DNA of 64,000 nucleotides from Bacteroides sp. SM23_62_1 (GCA_001304505.1 LJUQ01000001.1:855-64854); one strand, 5' to 3'. Shown: positions 38,563 through 49,395, counted from the stretch's first letter. The notes: a model not told the origin generated them from the letters alone. Translations and numbers: made by a program.

Positions 38563-38678
38563 AAATAAAATTTAAGCCAATCAATGATATTAAATATTAA
38601 TTGAGAAACTTGAGATTCATCTTTATATGGATATCTGATTTTTCAAAAAAATACTATAAAATATATTTTCGATTGCCT

Positions 38679-40460
38679 ATGATTAAAAATTACCTGTTTC
38701 TATTTGTTTGTCTGGTACTTTTATATGGATGTAAAGAAAAGTCAAAAATTCAAAACACAAATTCACCAAATATTATACTGATCATAACCGATGACCAGGG
38801 ATATGGGGATTTTGGATTTTATGGAAACCCACATGTCAAAACACCTTTCCTTGACAGTCTTGCCAGAATCAGCATCCGTTTCAACCAGTTTTATGTATGT
38901 CCGGTATGTGCGCCAACAAGAGCCGGGTTGATGACAGGCCGGTATGCTCTGTGCACGGGAGTTTATGATACCTATAACGGTGGGGCGATCATGCATACTG
39001 ATGAGGTAACGCTGGCAGAGATACTGAAAGATGGCGGGTATTCAACAGGAATTTTTGGTAAGTGGCACCTGGGCGACAGTTATCCATTTCGACCAGCAGA
39101 TCAGGGTTTTCAGACTTCCCTTGTTCACCATGCTGGAGGTATAGGCCAACCTGGTGATCATTTTAACAATTTTATCAGAACCGACAGCAGTTACTTTAAC
39201 CCTGTCCTGTTCAGGGATGGGAAAGAAGTGGAAACTCAAGGGTATTGCTCCGATATTTTTACCAGGGCAGCAATTGATTTTATAGAAAAAGTTACCAGGG
39301 ATCAGAATAATAAGCCATTTTTCCTTTATCTGGCTTATAATGCACCCCATACCCCGTTGCAGCTTCCAGGGGAATATTCAGACATGTATAAAGATGTTGA
39401 TATCACTTCAGGAGATTATCCTGATAGAGGAAAATTTCCGGAGATGAATGCAAGAGATATTGAGGATGCAAGAAGGGTATATGGTATGGTAACAAATATC
39501 GATGACAATCTACGGTTGCTTTTCAATAAACTTGCTGAACTAGAGCTAGTTGAACAGACTCTTATCATATTCCTCACAGATAATGGACCACAACAACGAC
39601 GGTATACAGCCGGTTTCAGAGAACGGAAGGGATCGGTGTATGAAGGAGGCATAAGGGTTCCCAGTTTCTGGTATTGGAAAGGAAATTTAACAAGTGACTT
39701 TGATATTGATGATCCGGCAGCCAATATTGATGTTCTGCCAACAATACTCGATCTGTGCGGTATTGATGTCCCCAATGAACTTAAGCTGAACGGACGAAGC
39801 CTGGTGCCACTTATTATGCAGGAAGCAGATGCATTACCGGAACGGATTTTATTTTTCGAATGGCAGAGAGGCTTCACCGAACCATATCGCAATATTGCAG
39901 TCAGGAAAGGTAATTACAAAGTGGTTGGGAATATTGAATATTTCGAAGATCCTGTCAGGCTTGAGTTGTATCATATCTCAGATGATCCCTATGAATTGAG
40001 TGATATCAGCACAAAGAATCCTGAAATGGTTAATATGCTTAAAAATGAATTCGATCGGTGGTATTCTGAAGTAATTACAGGTGAAAAACTGGTTAATCCA
40101 CCAAGAATCATTATAGGCTCTGACCACGAAAATCCCGTTATCCTGAACAGGAACGACTGGAAGAGTGCAAAAGCGAAACTATGGAATTCTCCGGATGCAT
40201 ATGGTTACTGGGATGTGACATTTGCCACAGATGGATTGTATGATGTGAAAATCCAGTTTGCTGATCATTTAAGCAGGGCAGGAAGGATTTACATCAGGGC
40301 AGGAACGGTGCAAAGAAGCCGGGCGAACCAGGATACCACAACCAGCCACATTATACTGCCTGATATCCCGTTCAGGGAAGGAGATTATATGTTTGAAACA
40401 TGGTATGAGTCATGGGGCGGGATATATACACCCGTATTTGTGAAGATAAAGAAAAAATAA
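38679..40460 (+). CDS. Sulfatase (arylsulfatase A family) lipoprotein
   Basis: LIITDDQGYGD metal site and the CAPTRAGLMTGR formylglycine motif. The lipobox LLYGC follows the ATG at 38679; the track start at 38601 adds a non-signal extension. Confidence 0.85.
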   Translation: MIKNYLFLFVCLVLLYGCKEKSKIQNTNSPNIILIITDDQGYGDFGFYGNPHVKTPFLDSLARISIRFNQFYVCPVCAPTRAGLMTGRYALCTGVYDTYNGGAIMHTDEVTLAEILKDGGYSTGIFGKWHLGDSYPFRPADQGFQTSLVHHAGGIGQPGDHFNNFIRTDSSYFNPVLFRDGKEVETQGYCSDIFTRAAIDFIEKVTRDQNNKPFFLYLAYNAPHTPLQLPGEYSDMYKDVDITSGDYPDRGKFPEMNARDIEDARRVYGMVTNIDDNLRLLFNKLAELELVEQTLIIFLTDNGPQQRRYTAGFRERKGSVYEGGIRVPSFWYWKGNLTSDFDIDDPAANIDVLPTILDLCGIDVPNELKLNGRSLVPLIMQEADALPERILFFEWQRGFTEPYRNIAVRKGNYKVVGNIEYFEDPVRLELYHISDDPYELSDISTKNPEMVNMLKNEFDRWYSEVITGEKLVNPPRIIIGSDHENPVILNRNDWKSAKAKLWNSPDAYGYWDVTFATDGLYDVKIQFADHLSRAGRIYIRAGTVQRSRANQDTTTSHIILPDIPFREGDYMFETWYESWGGIYTPVFVKIKKK

Positions 40461-40554
40461 ATTTTGACTATCTCCTGCATTAACTAAATTTATATTCTGT
40501 ATCCTCTGCGGTTAAAAATCTATGCATTCTGTGGTTAATAAAAAAATAGAAATT

Positions 40555-41979
40555 ATGAAAATCAAAAATTTACTTTTCGTTTTTACCGTCTTATTTGTAT
40601 TCGTAACCTGCACATCTGACAGGGATGCAAGAAAAATCCAACCCCGTCAGGATGACAAACGTCCGAATATTGTAATCATCTATTGTGATGATCTGGGATA
40701 CGGAGACCTGGGATGCTTCGGTGCGAATGATATCAAGACACCGAATATCGACAGGATGGCTTCTGAAGGGATCAAGTTTACTGAATTTTATTCCGCTTCC
40801 CCGGTATGCAGTCCTTCGCGTGCTGCTTTGCTCACAGGGCGCATACCTCAGAGAATGGGCATTAACAATGTGTTCTTCCCTGAAAGCTATACCGGGATGC
40901 CCCTTGAAGAGATTACTATTGCCCAGGTACTGAAAGATGAAGAGTATGCAACTGGTATAATAGGGAAATGGCATCTCGGGCACATGGAAAAGTTTTTGCC
41001 ATTACAACGTGGATTTGACGAATATTTTGGAATTCCATACAGTAATGATATGGAAAGTGTGGTGTACCTTAGAGGTAATGAAGTTGTGGATTATCATGTA
41101 GATCAGAGATATATAACAAAAACTTATACTGGGGAGGCATTAACCTTCATCGAGAATCACAAAGACGAACCATTCTTTCTTTATATCGCTCATAATATGC
41201 CACATGTGCCTATATATGCATCAGAGGATTTTCTTGGCACTTCTGAAAGAGGTTTATATGGAGATGTTATTCAGGAGATTGACTGGAACGTTGGACAGGT
41301 AATAAAGAAGCTTGAAGAACATAATCTTCTCCAAAACACCCTTATAATCTTTTCGAGTGATAATGGGCCATGGCTGGTAATGGAAGATCATGGTGGTTCA
41401 GCTGGTTATCTGCGGGAAGGGAAACAGTTTACTTTTGAAGGCGGCCAGAGAATTCCAACCCTTGCCATGTGGCCTTCCAGGATCCCTCCGGGTCAAACAT
41501 ATGATGATATGGCCGTTATGATGGATTGGTTTCCTACAATTGCAAATATTGCAGAAGCAGAAATACCTGACGACAGGCCATATGATGGCGTGGATATCAG
41601 CCGGGTCCTCTTTGGAGAAGGGAGAAGGGAGTGGACCGGATTTCTTTATTTTGACCTGGCAGAATTACAGTGTTACAGAGAGGGTGAATGGAAGGTAAAA
41701 CTTCCGTACGAGGGCTATAGTGGTTCAAGGTTAAAGAAAGCTGTACCTCCTCATCCAATGCTCCTGGTGAACCTTAAGAGTGATCCGGGTGAAAAAAACA
41801 ATCTTGCAGAACAGATGCCTGAAAAGTTACAAGATATGCTCAATAAAATGGATAGCGTAAAAAATGCCCTTGGGAAATTACCTCCATCATTAGTTGTTGG
41901 AACAAATTCAGATAACAGCCATCTTGAATATCTGAATATGAAACATGGTGGCCGGAATTACTGGCATAAAAAATGGTAG
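40555..41979 (+). CDS. Sulfatase (arylsulfatase family) lipoprotein
   Basis: VIIYCDDLGYGD and the CSPSRAALLTGR formylglycine motif, plus GKWHLG. Signal peptide plus Cys after the ATG at 40555. Confidence 0.9.
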   Translation: MKIKNLLFVFTVLFVFVTCTSDRDARKIQPRQDDKRPNIVIIYCDDLGYGDLGCFGANDIKTPNIDRMASEGIKFTEFYSASPVCSPSRAALLTGRIPQRMGINNVFFPESYTGMPLEEITIAQVLKDEEYATGIIGKWHLGHMEKFLPLQRGFDEYFGIPYSNDMESVVYLRGNEVVDYHVDQRYITKTYTGEALTFIENHKDEPFFLYIAHNMPHVPIYASEDFLGTSERGLYGDVIQEIDWNVGQVIKKLEEHNLLQNTLIIFSSDNGPWLVMEDHGGSAGYLREGKQFTFEGGQRIPTLAMWPSRIPPGQTYDDMAVMMDWFPTIANIAEAEIPDDRPYDGVDISRVLFGEGRREWTGFLYFDLAELQCYREGEWKVKLPYEGYSGSRLKKAVPPHPMLLVNLKSDPGEKNNLAEQMPEKLQDMLNKMDSVKNALGKLPPSLVVGTNSDNSHLEYLNMKHGGRNYWHKKW

Positions 41980-42041
41980 AACTTATAATTTAAAAATTAA
42001 CGTATTGTCTGTTAAAGGCGATAATATTGATAATTAGATTT

Positions 42042-42074
42042 ATATCAGGCCGCATCGCAGGGGCGACCTGATAT
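42042..42074 (+). terminator. Hairpin downstream of the second sulfatase gene
   Basis: atatcagg(c)cgc ... gcg(a)cctgatat with a 9-nt loop. No U-tract. Confidence 0.4.
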
Positions 42075-42134
42075 AAAACATTAACATTCAATAGTATGCA
42101 TTGTCTAATAGCACATTGCATTAAAAATTAATAT

Positions 42135-42344
42135 ATGTACCCAGCAGTAATCAATAAGTACAATACTATTAACTGGCAGGAGGTACCTATACCAAAACCT
42201 GGGAAATCTGGAGTGCTGGTAAAAGTGACCTTTGCAAGTATTTGCGGAACAGACCAGCATATTTTCTCAGGTGAGTTTCATCCAGGAACCAGGTTACCTC
42301 TAATTCCCGTAACCGGCAACTCCCGAAATGGTAGAAATCTTTGA
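42135..42344 (+). pseudogene. N-terminal remnant of a Zn-dependent (MDR) alcohol / threonine / sorbitol dehydrogenase
   Basis: 69 aa matching only the GroES-like N-terminus (VLVKVTFASICGTDQHIFSGEF). The expected GHE motif and the Rossmann domain are absent, and the frame ends in hairpin-rich sequence. Confidence 0.6.
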
Positions 42345-42458
42345 TTTCTTTGCCATTTCGAGGATGCTCGAAAAAACATTGGCATCCGCCTCAGGCGGAT
42401 AGCCTGTTTTTCGGCACAGTAACCAGCAACAACATTCCTTAGCCTCAGCCTTCTTCTC

Positions 42459-44882
42459 CTATTCATACCTCAGCGTCTTTGCCGGATTCGTATTTGCAGA
42501 TCTTATCGTATGATAGGATATTGTTATCAGTGCAATTGCAACAGCCAGTGTACCGGAGATGATAAAGATCAAAATATGAATGTTGGTCCGGTAAACGAAA
42601 TTATTCAGCCAGAATCTCATAATAATAATGGCTACTGGAACTGAAATAAGGAATGCCCCAAGAACAAGTTTTGTAAAATCGGTTGAAAACAGATATACAA
42701 TTTTAGATACTGATGACCCGAGGGCTTTTCTTATTCCGATTTCATGTATTCTTTGATGTGTACTATAGGAAGCCAGACCAAATAAACCAACACAGGCGAT
42801 TAGTATGGCAAGAAGGGAAAATATAGTAAAGATACGTCCGGAGGCCTGATCATCCTGGTACATATTATTAATATATTCATCATGGAAAAAGTAGGAAAAG
42901 GGTTGTTGAGGGAAGAACTCGGTCCATTTTACTTCAATACTTGCCAAAGTCTCCGGCCAGTTATTTGAATTTGCCCTGATATACAGGAATGTGCCAAAGC
43001 CGTTGGGTCCCGACATACTCTGAAGTACAAACGAATTAAGATCATCATGTAAAGAGTTATAATGAAAATCCTCAATGATACCGATAACTGTGAATTCACG
43101 TAACACATAACCGCCTCCCGTATCAACAGGTTCGATCAGCTTTGCACCAATTGGTTCCTCAAGACCGAATTCTTTTGCAGCCAGTTGATTGATGATCACC
43201 GACAGACTATCATTGAATTGCCTTGAAAATCCACGTCCCTCAATGAGGTTAAGGCCCATTGTTTCGATAAAATCTTCATCAACAACCATACCTCTGGATG
43301 TGATCACATCGGATCCATATTCTTCTGCCTGGATCATGAATCCAAAATAGAATCCACCGGTAATCTGAGTATTGGATGTTGCAGTGTTGATTACTCCCGG
43401 GATTTTCAACAATTCCTGTTTGATTGGTTCCCTGTTATTTGGTAATAGATTACTTCGGACAACAAGAATATTTTCCTTATAAAATCCCAGATTTTTTTTC
43501 TGAAGATAATTCAATTGACTATAGATCAACAATGTAAAAGAGATGAGTGAAATGGAAAGAAAAAACTGAAATATAACCAGACCTTTCCTTGTTAAGGTAC
43601 CTGTTTTCGAAGTAGAAAATTTCCCTTTCAGGATATTTACAGGCCTGAAAGAAGAAAGCACAAAAGCCGGATAGCTGCCTGAAATAATACCTACGGTAAC
43701 GGCAAATCCGAACAAAACGGGCAAAGTAAAAAAATCAAGGTATTTTATGGAAAGTTGTTTACTGGCGAGGTTGTTGAAGGCGGGGAGGGCAACTTCCACA
43801 AACAATAAGGCGAAAATCAGGCTGATAATGGTAATCAGGATAGACTCGGTCATAAATTGTCCGATGAGTCTTGATCTTTCCGAGCCAACAACTTTCCTTA
43901 TTCCGACCTCTTTAGCCCTTTCTGATGAACGTGCAGTCGATAGATTAACAAAATTGATGGATGCGATAATGAGGATAAAAAGTGCTACAGAGATCAGGAT
44001 AATCACATAATTAAAATTCCCATTGGTATCAAGCTCATTGTTAAGATGAGAGTGCAGATGAATACTTGTAAGTGGCTGAAGGAAAAATTCATACCCGTTA
44101 CCTGCTGCAATATAATCATCATATGAAACACCCATCCTGGCCTGGATCTGTCCGGCAGCATGCTGACGCAGCAGGTCCGGTATTTTTGCTTCAACAGCTC
44201 TTGCCTGTGTCCGTGTCTCAATCAGAAGATAGGTATATACAGAAAAAGTAATAAAACTGGGCTGCTGGAGAAATCCGGCTCCGGTTAAACCCCCGATAAA
44301 ATCAAAATGAAAATGGGAATTTTCAGGAACATCTTCACAAACACCAACAACCTGTAACTCCCCGAAAGTAGCAGTCAGTGTTTTTCCGACAGGATCATCA
44401 TCTCCAAAATATTTTTTTGCAGTTGTTTCTGTCAGGATTAATTCCTGCGGATTGCGAAGAATGGTTTTAGGATCCCCGTTTAACAGACGGATAGAAAAAA
44501 AATCAAAGAAATTACTGTCGGCAAGCATAAACCTGCTCTCATTAAATGTTTTTTCCCCGTAAGTAATAGCTGTCTCTCCCTGCCCTTGAAATAACCGGGT
44601 TATGGCCTTTATTTCGGGCATCTCCTGGAACATTACTGGTCCCAGGGAATGGGGCGACAGGGCATAATCTACCTGTGTATCCGGATAATACCTGTGTAGG
44701 ACCAGCCTGTAAATCTGATCTGCCCGTTCATGAAATTTATCATATGAAAATTCATCCTTGACATGCAGAAGGATTAAAAAACAACAGGCCAGCCCGATTG
44801 CCAGCCCGAAAACGTTTACAATAGAAAAAAGCTTATTCCTGAAAATATTTCTCAGGGCAACAATAAGATAGTTCCTAAGCAT
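42459..44882 (-). CDS. FtsX/MacB-like ABC transporter permease (duplicated FtsX domains)
   Basis: 807 aa. MLRNYLIVALRNIFRNK N-terminus, two 4-TM FtsX modules and two large periplasmic domains. No adjacent ATPase gene. Confidence 0.85.
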   Translation of the reverse strand: MLRNYLIVALRNIFRNKLFSIVNVFGLAIGLACCFLILLHVKDEFSYDKFHERADQIYRLVLHRYYPDTQVDYALSPHSLGPVMFQEMPEIKAITRLFQGQGETAITYGEKTFNESRFMLADSNFFDFFSIRLLNGDPKTILRNPQELILTETTAKKYFGDDDPVGKTLTATFGELQVVGVCEDVPENSHFHFDFIGGLTGAGFLQQPSFITFSVYTYLLIETRTQARAVEAKIPDLLRQHAAGQIQARMGVSYDDYIAAGNGYEFFLQPLTSIHLHSHLNNELDTNGNFNYVIILISVALFILIIASINFVNLSTARSSERAKEVGIRKVVGSERSRLIGQFMTESILITIISLIFALLFVEVALPAFNNLASKQLSIKYLDFFTLPVLFGFAVTVGIISGSYPAFVLSSFRPVNILKGKFSTSKTGTLTRKGLVIFQFFLSISLISFTLLIYSQLNYLQKKNLGFYKENILVVRSNLLPNNREPIKQELLKIPGVINTATSNTQITGGFYFGFMIQAEEYGSDVITSRGMVVDEDFIETMGLNLIEGRGFSRQFNDSLSVIINQLAAKEFGLEEPIGAKLIEPVDTGGGYVLREFTVIGIIEDFHYNSLHDDLNSFVLQSMSGPNGFGTFLYIRANSNNWPETLASIEVKWTEFFPQQPFSYFFHDEYINNMYQDDQASGRIFTIFSLLAILIACVGLFGLASYSTHQRIHEIGIRKALGSSVSKIVYLFSTDFTKLVLGAFLISVPVAIIIMRFWLNNFVYRTNIHILIFIISGTLAVAIALITISYHTIRSANTNPAKTLRYE

Positions 44883-45104
44883 ATTGAATCTGTTTTGAGG
44901 TGAGAAAGATTATTTTTGAATCTCAAAAATCGTTCCTATTGGAGGATATTAGAATTTAACTCCCGGGAAAATAGAGATAAATATGAGATAATCAAGGAGA
45001 TGACAGGCAAAGATATGATGGCCACCAAATACCCGCACTGTACGGAATCGTACATCATAGTACGGTTTTGTAATTGTATCACTTTGTAGATCTCATGCAA
45101 TTTC

Positions 45105-45980
45105 TTATAAACTCTTGTGATCCGGTCTGATAAATATTAATTTTTTGATAAAGAATCCTGCAACGAGTAAGATACCCATTAAAATAATAATTACAGGTGA
45201 ACTATTTACGTCAAGTTTTAAAGATAAATATAGTCCTGTACATGCCGACAGAATACCTGCACAAAGAGCAAGATATATTCGACGACTCCATTCTTTAGCG
45301 AAAAGTGCTGAGAACGAGGCAGGGATAATCAGGAAAGCAAATATTGTAAGGATGCCACCAATACGAATAGCTTCAATGATGATAATACCAAAAGTGAAAT
45401 AAAACAGGAAATCCCACTTCCGGTATTGCTTTAACCGCTTTGTTTTATCATGATAAATTTCAGTTAGTTCTATAAAATGTTTACGGAACATAAAATGAAA
45501 TACACCAATTATTGAAACTATCAGTATTAATCTGAACAGGCCGCGCCAGGTTGTCCAGAGCAATGTGCCTGTCATTACATCATGCAGGTGAACATCTCCT
45601 CCTGCTCCCTTGTCAAGTATTATCACAGTTGCTGTAGTTGCTACAGCATAAGTAATCCCGATGAATGCTTCAATAGGGACCCGAATCCTGGGATTTCTCA
45701 GATAGGTAAAAATTATTGCTGCAATCAAACAAAACAGCAGGGAAAAGTTATATGATATAATTTCAGAAAAATGAGGACTGATCGTGAATGCAGCAATATT
45801 ATGAAGTTTATTTTCTATAAAAACTTCAATTATTCCTCCCATTGCAGCGACCTGGGCAAGTGCAATATCGATGAAGATAATCTCCCGTTTGATTACATGG
45901 ATTCCAAAATATGATGTGATAACCAGAAGTACCAGGCTCGCCAGGAAAGGAACAAGTAAAAAAGAAAATGTTTGATGCAT
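45105..45980 (-). CDS. Metal (Zn/Mn/Fe) ABC transporter permease, ABC-3 family
   Basis: 291 aa, about 8-9 TM helices, with the IFIDIALAQVAAMG motif typical of ZnuB/TroD-type permeases. Confidence 0.85.
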   Translation of the reverse strand: MHQTFSFLLVPFLASLVLLVITSYFGIHVIKREIIFIDIALAQVAAMGGIIEVFIENKLHNIAAFTISPHFSEIISYNFSLLFCLIAAIIFTYLRNPRIRVPIEAFIGITYAVATTATVIILDKGAGGDVHLHDVMTGTLLWTTWRGLFRLILIVSIIGVFHFMFRKHFIELTEIYHDKTKRLKQYRKWDFLFYFTFGIIIIEAIRIGGILTIFAFLIIPASFSALFAKEWSRRIYLALCAGILSACTGLYLSLKLDVNSSPVIIILMGILLVAGFFIKKLIFIRPDHKSL

Positions 45981-45997
45981 ATATTCATTTATTTATA

Positions 45998-46825
45998 TCA
46001 TTCACTTATACTGTTTGGTAACATTAATCTGATAAATGCAAGCACAAAAACAAACAAACCCAGGAGACAGACGATTGCAGGACCATTGGATATGTCTAAT
46101 GAATAGGATAACAGGATGCCGATTATTGATCCGGCAATTCCGATGATCCAGCTCCAGATTATTCTTCCACGCCAGTTGCCGGTAAATAATGTTGAAGTTG
46201 CTGCCGGAGCAATCAACAGGATAAATACCAGGAATATACCACCTATAAGGACAGATTTGACAATGACAATACCGAATGTCAGATAAAATAACAGGTCATA
46301 AGCCTTTTCCCTGATTAGATTATTTGTATTCTGATTGTTTAGTGAAATATTTTTAAAAGTTTTTCCGAAAAGAAGGTGGATTATTCCAATCGCAGAAAAT
46401 AAAAGGAAACACTTGAGTACCTTACCCCAGGTTACCCAGAGGATATTACCTGTAATAGTCTTGGTAATATAATTTGAGCCACCCGGAATTTTCTCAGCGA
46501 GCAGCAATGCCAGGGCAAGACCCAGGCAATATATGATGCCAATAACAGCCTCCTGCGGTATGAAAGGTTTTCTGCTTTTTGTCAGAGCAAATAAGGTAAT
46601 AACTAAGAGTGTGAATGTATAGGAAATGAGCTGAACCTGGAATGATTCTTCAGGATATCCTAAAAGTAAGCCGATCATGGTACCAAGAGCTGCGATCTGG
46701 GCAATGGCAATATCAATGAAAATTATTCCCCTGGAAAGGATATGTGTGCCAAAATAACTGAGTATACCGGCAAGTATGACAACCGCTGCGAAAGGAGTGG
46801 CAAGAAATAGTAGATTTTCTATCAT
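45998..46825 (-). CDS. Metal ABC transporter permease, ABC-3 family (second subunit)
   Basis: 275 aa. IFIDIAIAQIAALG, paralogous to the downstream permease. Confidence 0.85.
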   Translation of the reverse strand: MIENLLFLATPFAAVVILAGILSYFGTHILSRGIIFIDIAIAQIAALGTMIGLLLGYPEESFQVQLISYTFTLLVITLFALTKSRKPFIPQEAVIGIIYCLGLALALLLAEKIPGGSNYITKTITGNILWVTWGKVLKCFLLFSAIGIIHLLFGKTFKNISLNNQNTNNLIREKAYDLLFYLTFGIVIVKSVLIGGIFLVFILLIAPAATSTLFTGNWRGRIIWSWIIGIAGSIIGILLSYSLDISNGPAIVCLLGLFVFVLAFIRLMLPNSISE

Positions 46826-46974
46826 AATGATCTTCTGAGTTCTACATACGTTATGTTATTTATTCAGAGCTTTTAATTGTTTATGTTTCTGGTACCGGAA
46901 TTCTTAACTCCAAAGGCCATCCTCTATCTTTAAGTTGGTTATTCTTTTCAGGTGGAAACAGGACATAACTTCTA

Positions 46975-48060
46975 TTATTGAATATTTTCATTAATCTTTT
47001 CGATCCAGTAATCTACAAGCTGGAAATTATCGCGGATCTCAGGAATACCTTCAACAAATAGTGGAAGAAAAAGTGCTTTAATGCCGGTTTTTTCTTCAAT
47101 CATTTGAGGGGATTTTTTTTCAAAATAACTGGCAACAAGCATCAATTTGATATGCTGATCATTGATTAACTGGATCATATTCTGCACGTGTTTGGCAGAT
47201 GGGGGGATTCCTGGCTTAGGTTCAATATACCCGATAACTTCCAGTCCAAATGTTTCAGCAAAATAGGCCCAGTTCTTATGGTAGGCGATTACCTTTTTTC
47301 CGCGAAAAGGTAATGCTTTCCTGAGCCAGCCATCCAGTTTTTCAATTAATTTCTCCCCCTGGTACTCTCTATCCAGAAACGTAAAAAGAGTTTTATTTTC
47401 AAGCAACTGGCAGAGCATATCACCACCAAACAGATCAACCAGTTCATCACCAAATAACGCCCTGTCTACCTTATCATTGAATCTTTTAAGATTTGTTTCG
47501 TAATATGCTGAGTTTGAAGGATCAACTTTGATCAGGCCGGTTGCAATATTTCTGGCAATGATCTTCCAGTTAAGCGGGCCGGTATTAATATGTGGATTTC
47601 CCATCAGGTGGATGTCCCCTTCGGTACGATCGGCTTTCTCGACTTTTTGAACTATCTTAACACCATCAGATACGGAAACAAAACCGATCTCTCCATCCAT
47701 GATTTTAGGATTCCTTGCTTTGTCAAGGATTGTTGTTGACCAGATTTCAAGATCCATGCCAGTAGTGATCCATAAATCAGCCGTATTCAACATCATGGCA
47801 TAACTGGGTTTAGGAGGCACAAAATGAGGATCCTGCTCTCCCTGTGCAATATATTGAATGTCCCCATGTTCTCCTGCTATAAAACCGGCAATGGAAGCAT
47901 AATCTGAAAAGGAGCAGACAATATTAAGCTGTGTATTACGTCCTCCCTGATATCTGTATTGATGTTGATGTTGTTGTTGATGTTGACCATGTAAGGGAAG
48001 AATTGGTGTAAAATAAATTACAGCCAATATAACTTTTATTAACACCTTTGTTTTTTTCAT
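46975..48060 (-). CDS. Metal ABC transporter substrate-binding protein (ZnuA/TroA cluster A-1) with a His/Gln-rich N-terminal tract
   Basis: 361 aa. Signal peptide, then HGQHQQQHQHQYRYQ. DPHFVPP / GNPHIN-type metal ligand motifs and the YHKNWAYFAE motif. Confidence 0.85.
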   Translation of the reverse strand: MKKTKVLIKVILAVIYFTPILPLHGQHQQQHQHQYRYQGGRNTQLNIVCSFSDYASIAGFIAGEHGDIQYIAQGEQDPHFVPPKPSYAMMLNTADLWITTGMDLEIWSTTILDKARNPKIMDGEIGFVSVSDGVKIVQKVEKADRTEGDIHLMGNPHINTGPLNWKIIARNIATGLIKVDPSNSAYYETNLKRFNDKVDRALFGDELVDLFGGDMLCQLLENKTLFTFLDREYQGEKLIEKLDGWLRKALPFRGKKVIAYHKNWAYFAETFGLEVIGYIEPKPGIPPSAKHVQNMIQLINDQHIKLMLVASYFEKKSPQMIEEKTGIKALFLPLFVEGIPEIRDNFQLVDYWIEKINENIQ

Positions 48061-48090
48061 ATCTGCAGTTTAACGTGAATTTAATTAAGC

Positions 48091-49395
48091 TCAATATGCC
48101 TCATGTTTATGTGGTCCCATAGCCCAGACCACCTGGATAATAAATAAATGGTCATTGGGGAATGGGCCGGTCAGATCCTTTCTGATTCCTGTTTCCCGGT
48201 AGTTATACTGATACTGGAACCGGGTGAAGACAAATTCACTTTCCCAGAAATCGAGGCATACTGTAAAATCCCATTCAAACTGGGAAGGATCATAAGGAAT
48301 CTCAGAATAGCCTATTCGTCCGTTTAACCAGAATCTGGCACCCAGCTTGTTCTGTATACTGGAATAGAATCCCATACTCCTGTAATACCCATCCACATAA
48401 CCATGAAAGCTGTACAGGAACTCGTTTTTCCAATCGATTGTCCTGTATTTTTCTCTTCCTACCGGAGCCCATTTGAAGGTAATACCGGCACCAGTAACAT
48501 ATGAAGAATAGTTACCACCCGGTTGGTCATTTTTACCACCGGCACTGCTGAGACGTAATTCTATATAGCTGCTGGGAGACAGATCATAGTAGTTTAATAA
48601 TTGCCCTGTAAAAATAAATTCACCAACTTTTTTATTGGTGAAACTCTGATTATTGTCTCCCATAAGGGCTGATAATTCAATACTGGTTGCATCGGAAAAA
48701 AGGAATTTTGGTAACATGATGATGGAAGCCAGGCCGGCACCGGCAAGCCCTTCCTTTCCAAAAAGGTTGATCAGCCCCTTGGGCCTGTCAAATTGCGGAA
48801 GGGCATGGTCATGGTAACGATTCAGAAAGCCGAATTCAGGGCGGAAAAATCCAGCCTTCAGGTTCATATTTAATGGTAGGTTCAACCATTCAAGGTATAC
48901 CTCGTCAACATCAACACCGGTTCCGGATGTTGCGAAAAATCCTTTACCCCTCGTAAAAGGATCCAGTGGGGCGATAAATGATAATTGCGCTTCCCTCAGA
49001 AAAAACCCGTTATTACCATATATGATCTCACCGGGTGTATTATAATCAGTTTTGTCATAAGTGCTTAGTCCCGCAAAAAAATCGACTCCAAAACTGATAT
49101 TGGGATTCAATCCCTGCTGTTGACGGGCTCCACTGTAGTACCTCTTGGAGATATCCAGCTTTTCTTCTTCAGGTTGGATGGAAAGCTTTTCAGCTTCTTC
49201 AAGAAGCTTTTTGATTTCATCTTCCTCCTGTAGATTTTTCAATTCCTGTTGAAGCTTTTGTACTTCACTTTCAAGAATTTTCATCCGCATAAACAAACTG
49301 TCCTGCCCATCCATCGGAATTTTCAGTGTATCCTGGGAAAAGACAGGATCAATTGAAATAAAAATATTTAATAAAATAATAATTCTAAGTTTCAT
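48091..49395 (-). CDS. Putative outer-membrane beta-barrel (porin-like) protein
   Basis: 434 aa. Signal peptide, a short coiled coil, then alternating hydrophobic/aromatic beta-strand pattern throughout. Operon position is upstream of the SBP. Confidence 0.5.
   Translation of the reverse strand: MKLRIIILLNIFISIDPVFSQDTLKIPMDGQDSLFMRMKILESEVQKLQQELKNLQEEDEIKKLLEEAEKLSIQPEEEKLDISKRYYSGARQQQGLNPNISFGVDFFAGLSTYDKTDYNTPGEIIYGNNGFFLREAQLSFIAPLDPFTRGKGFFATSGTGVDVDEVYLEWLNLPLNMNLKAGFFRPEFGFLNRYHDHALPQFDRPKGLINLFGKEGLAGAGLASIIMLPKFLFSDATSIELSALMGDNNQSFTNKKVGEFIFTGQLLNYYDLSPSSYIELRLSSAGGKNDQPGGNYSSYVTGAGITFKWAPVGREKYRTIDWKNEFLYSFHGYVDGYYRSMGFYSSIQNKLGARFWLNGRIGYSEIPYDPSQFEWDFTVCLDFWESEFVFTRFQYQYNYRETGIRKDLTGPFPNDHLFIIQVVWAMGPHKHEAY

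Noticed and set aside
39416-39892. 158-aa minus-strand ORF inside the first sulfatase gene
   Set aside because: It is antisense to a sulfatase with intact catalytic motifs, and its translation is Ser/Arg-rich low complexity.
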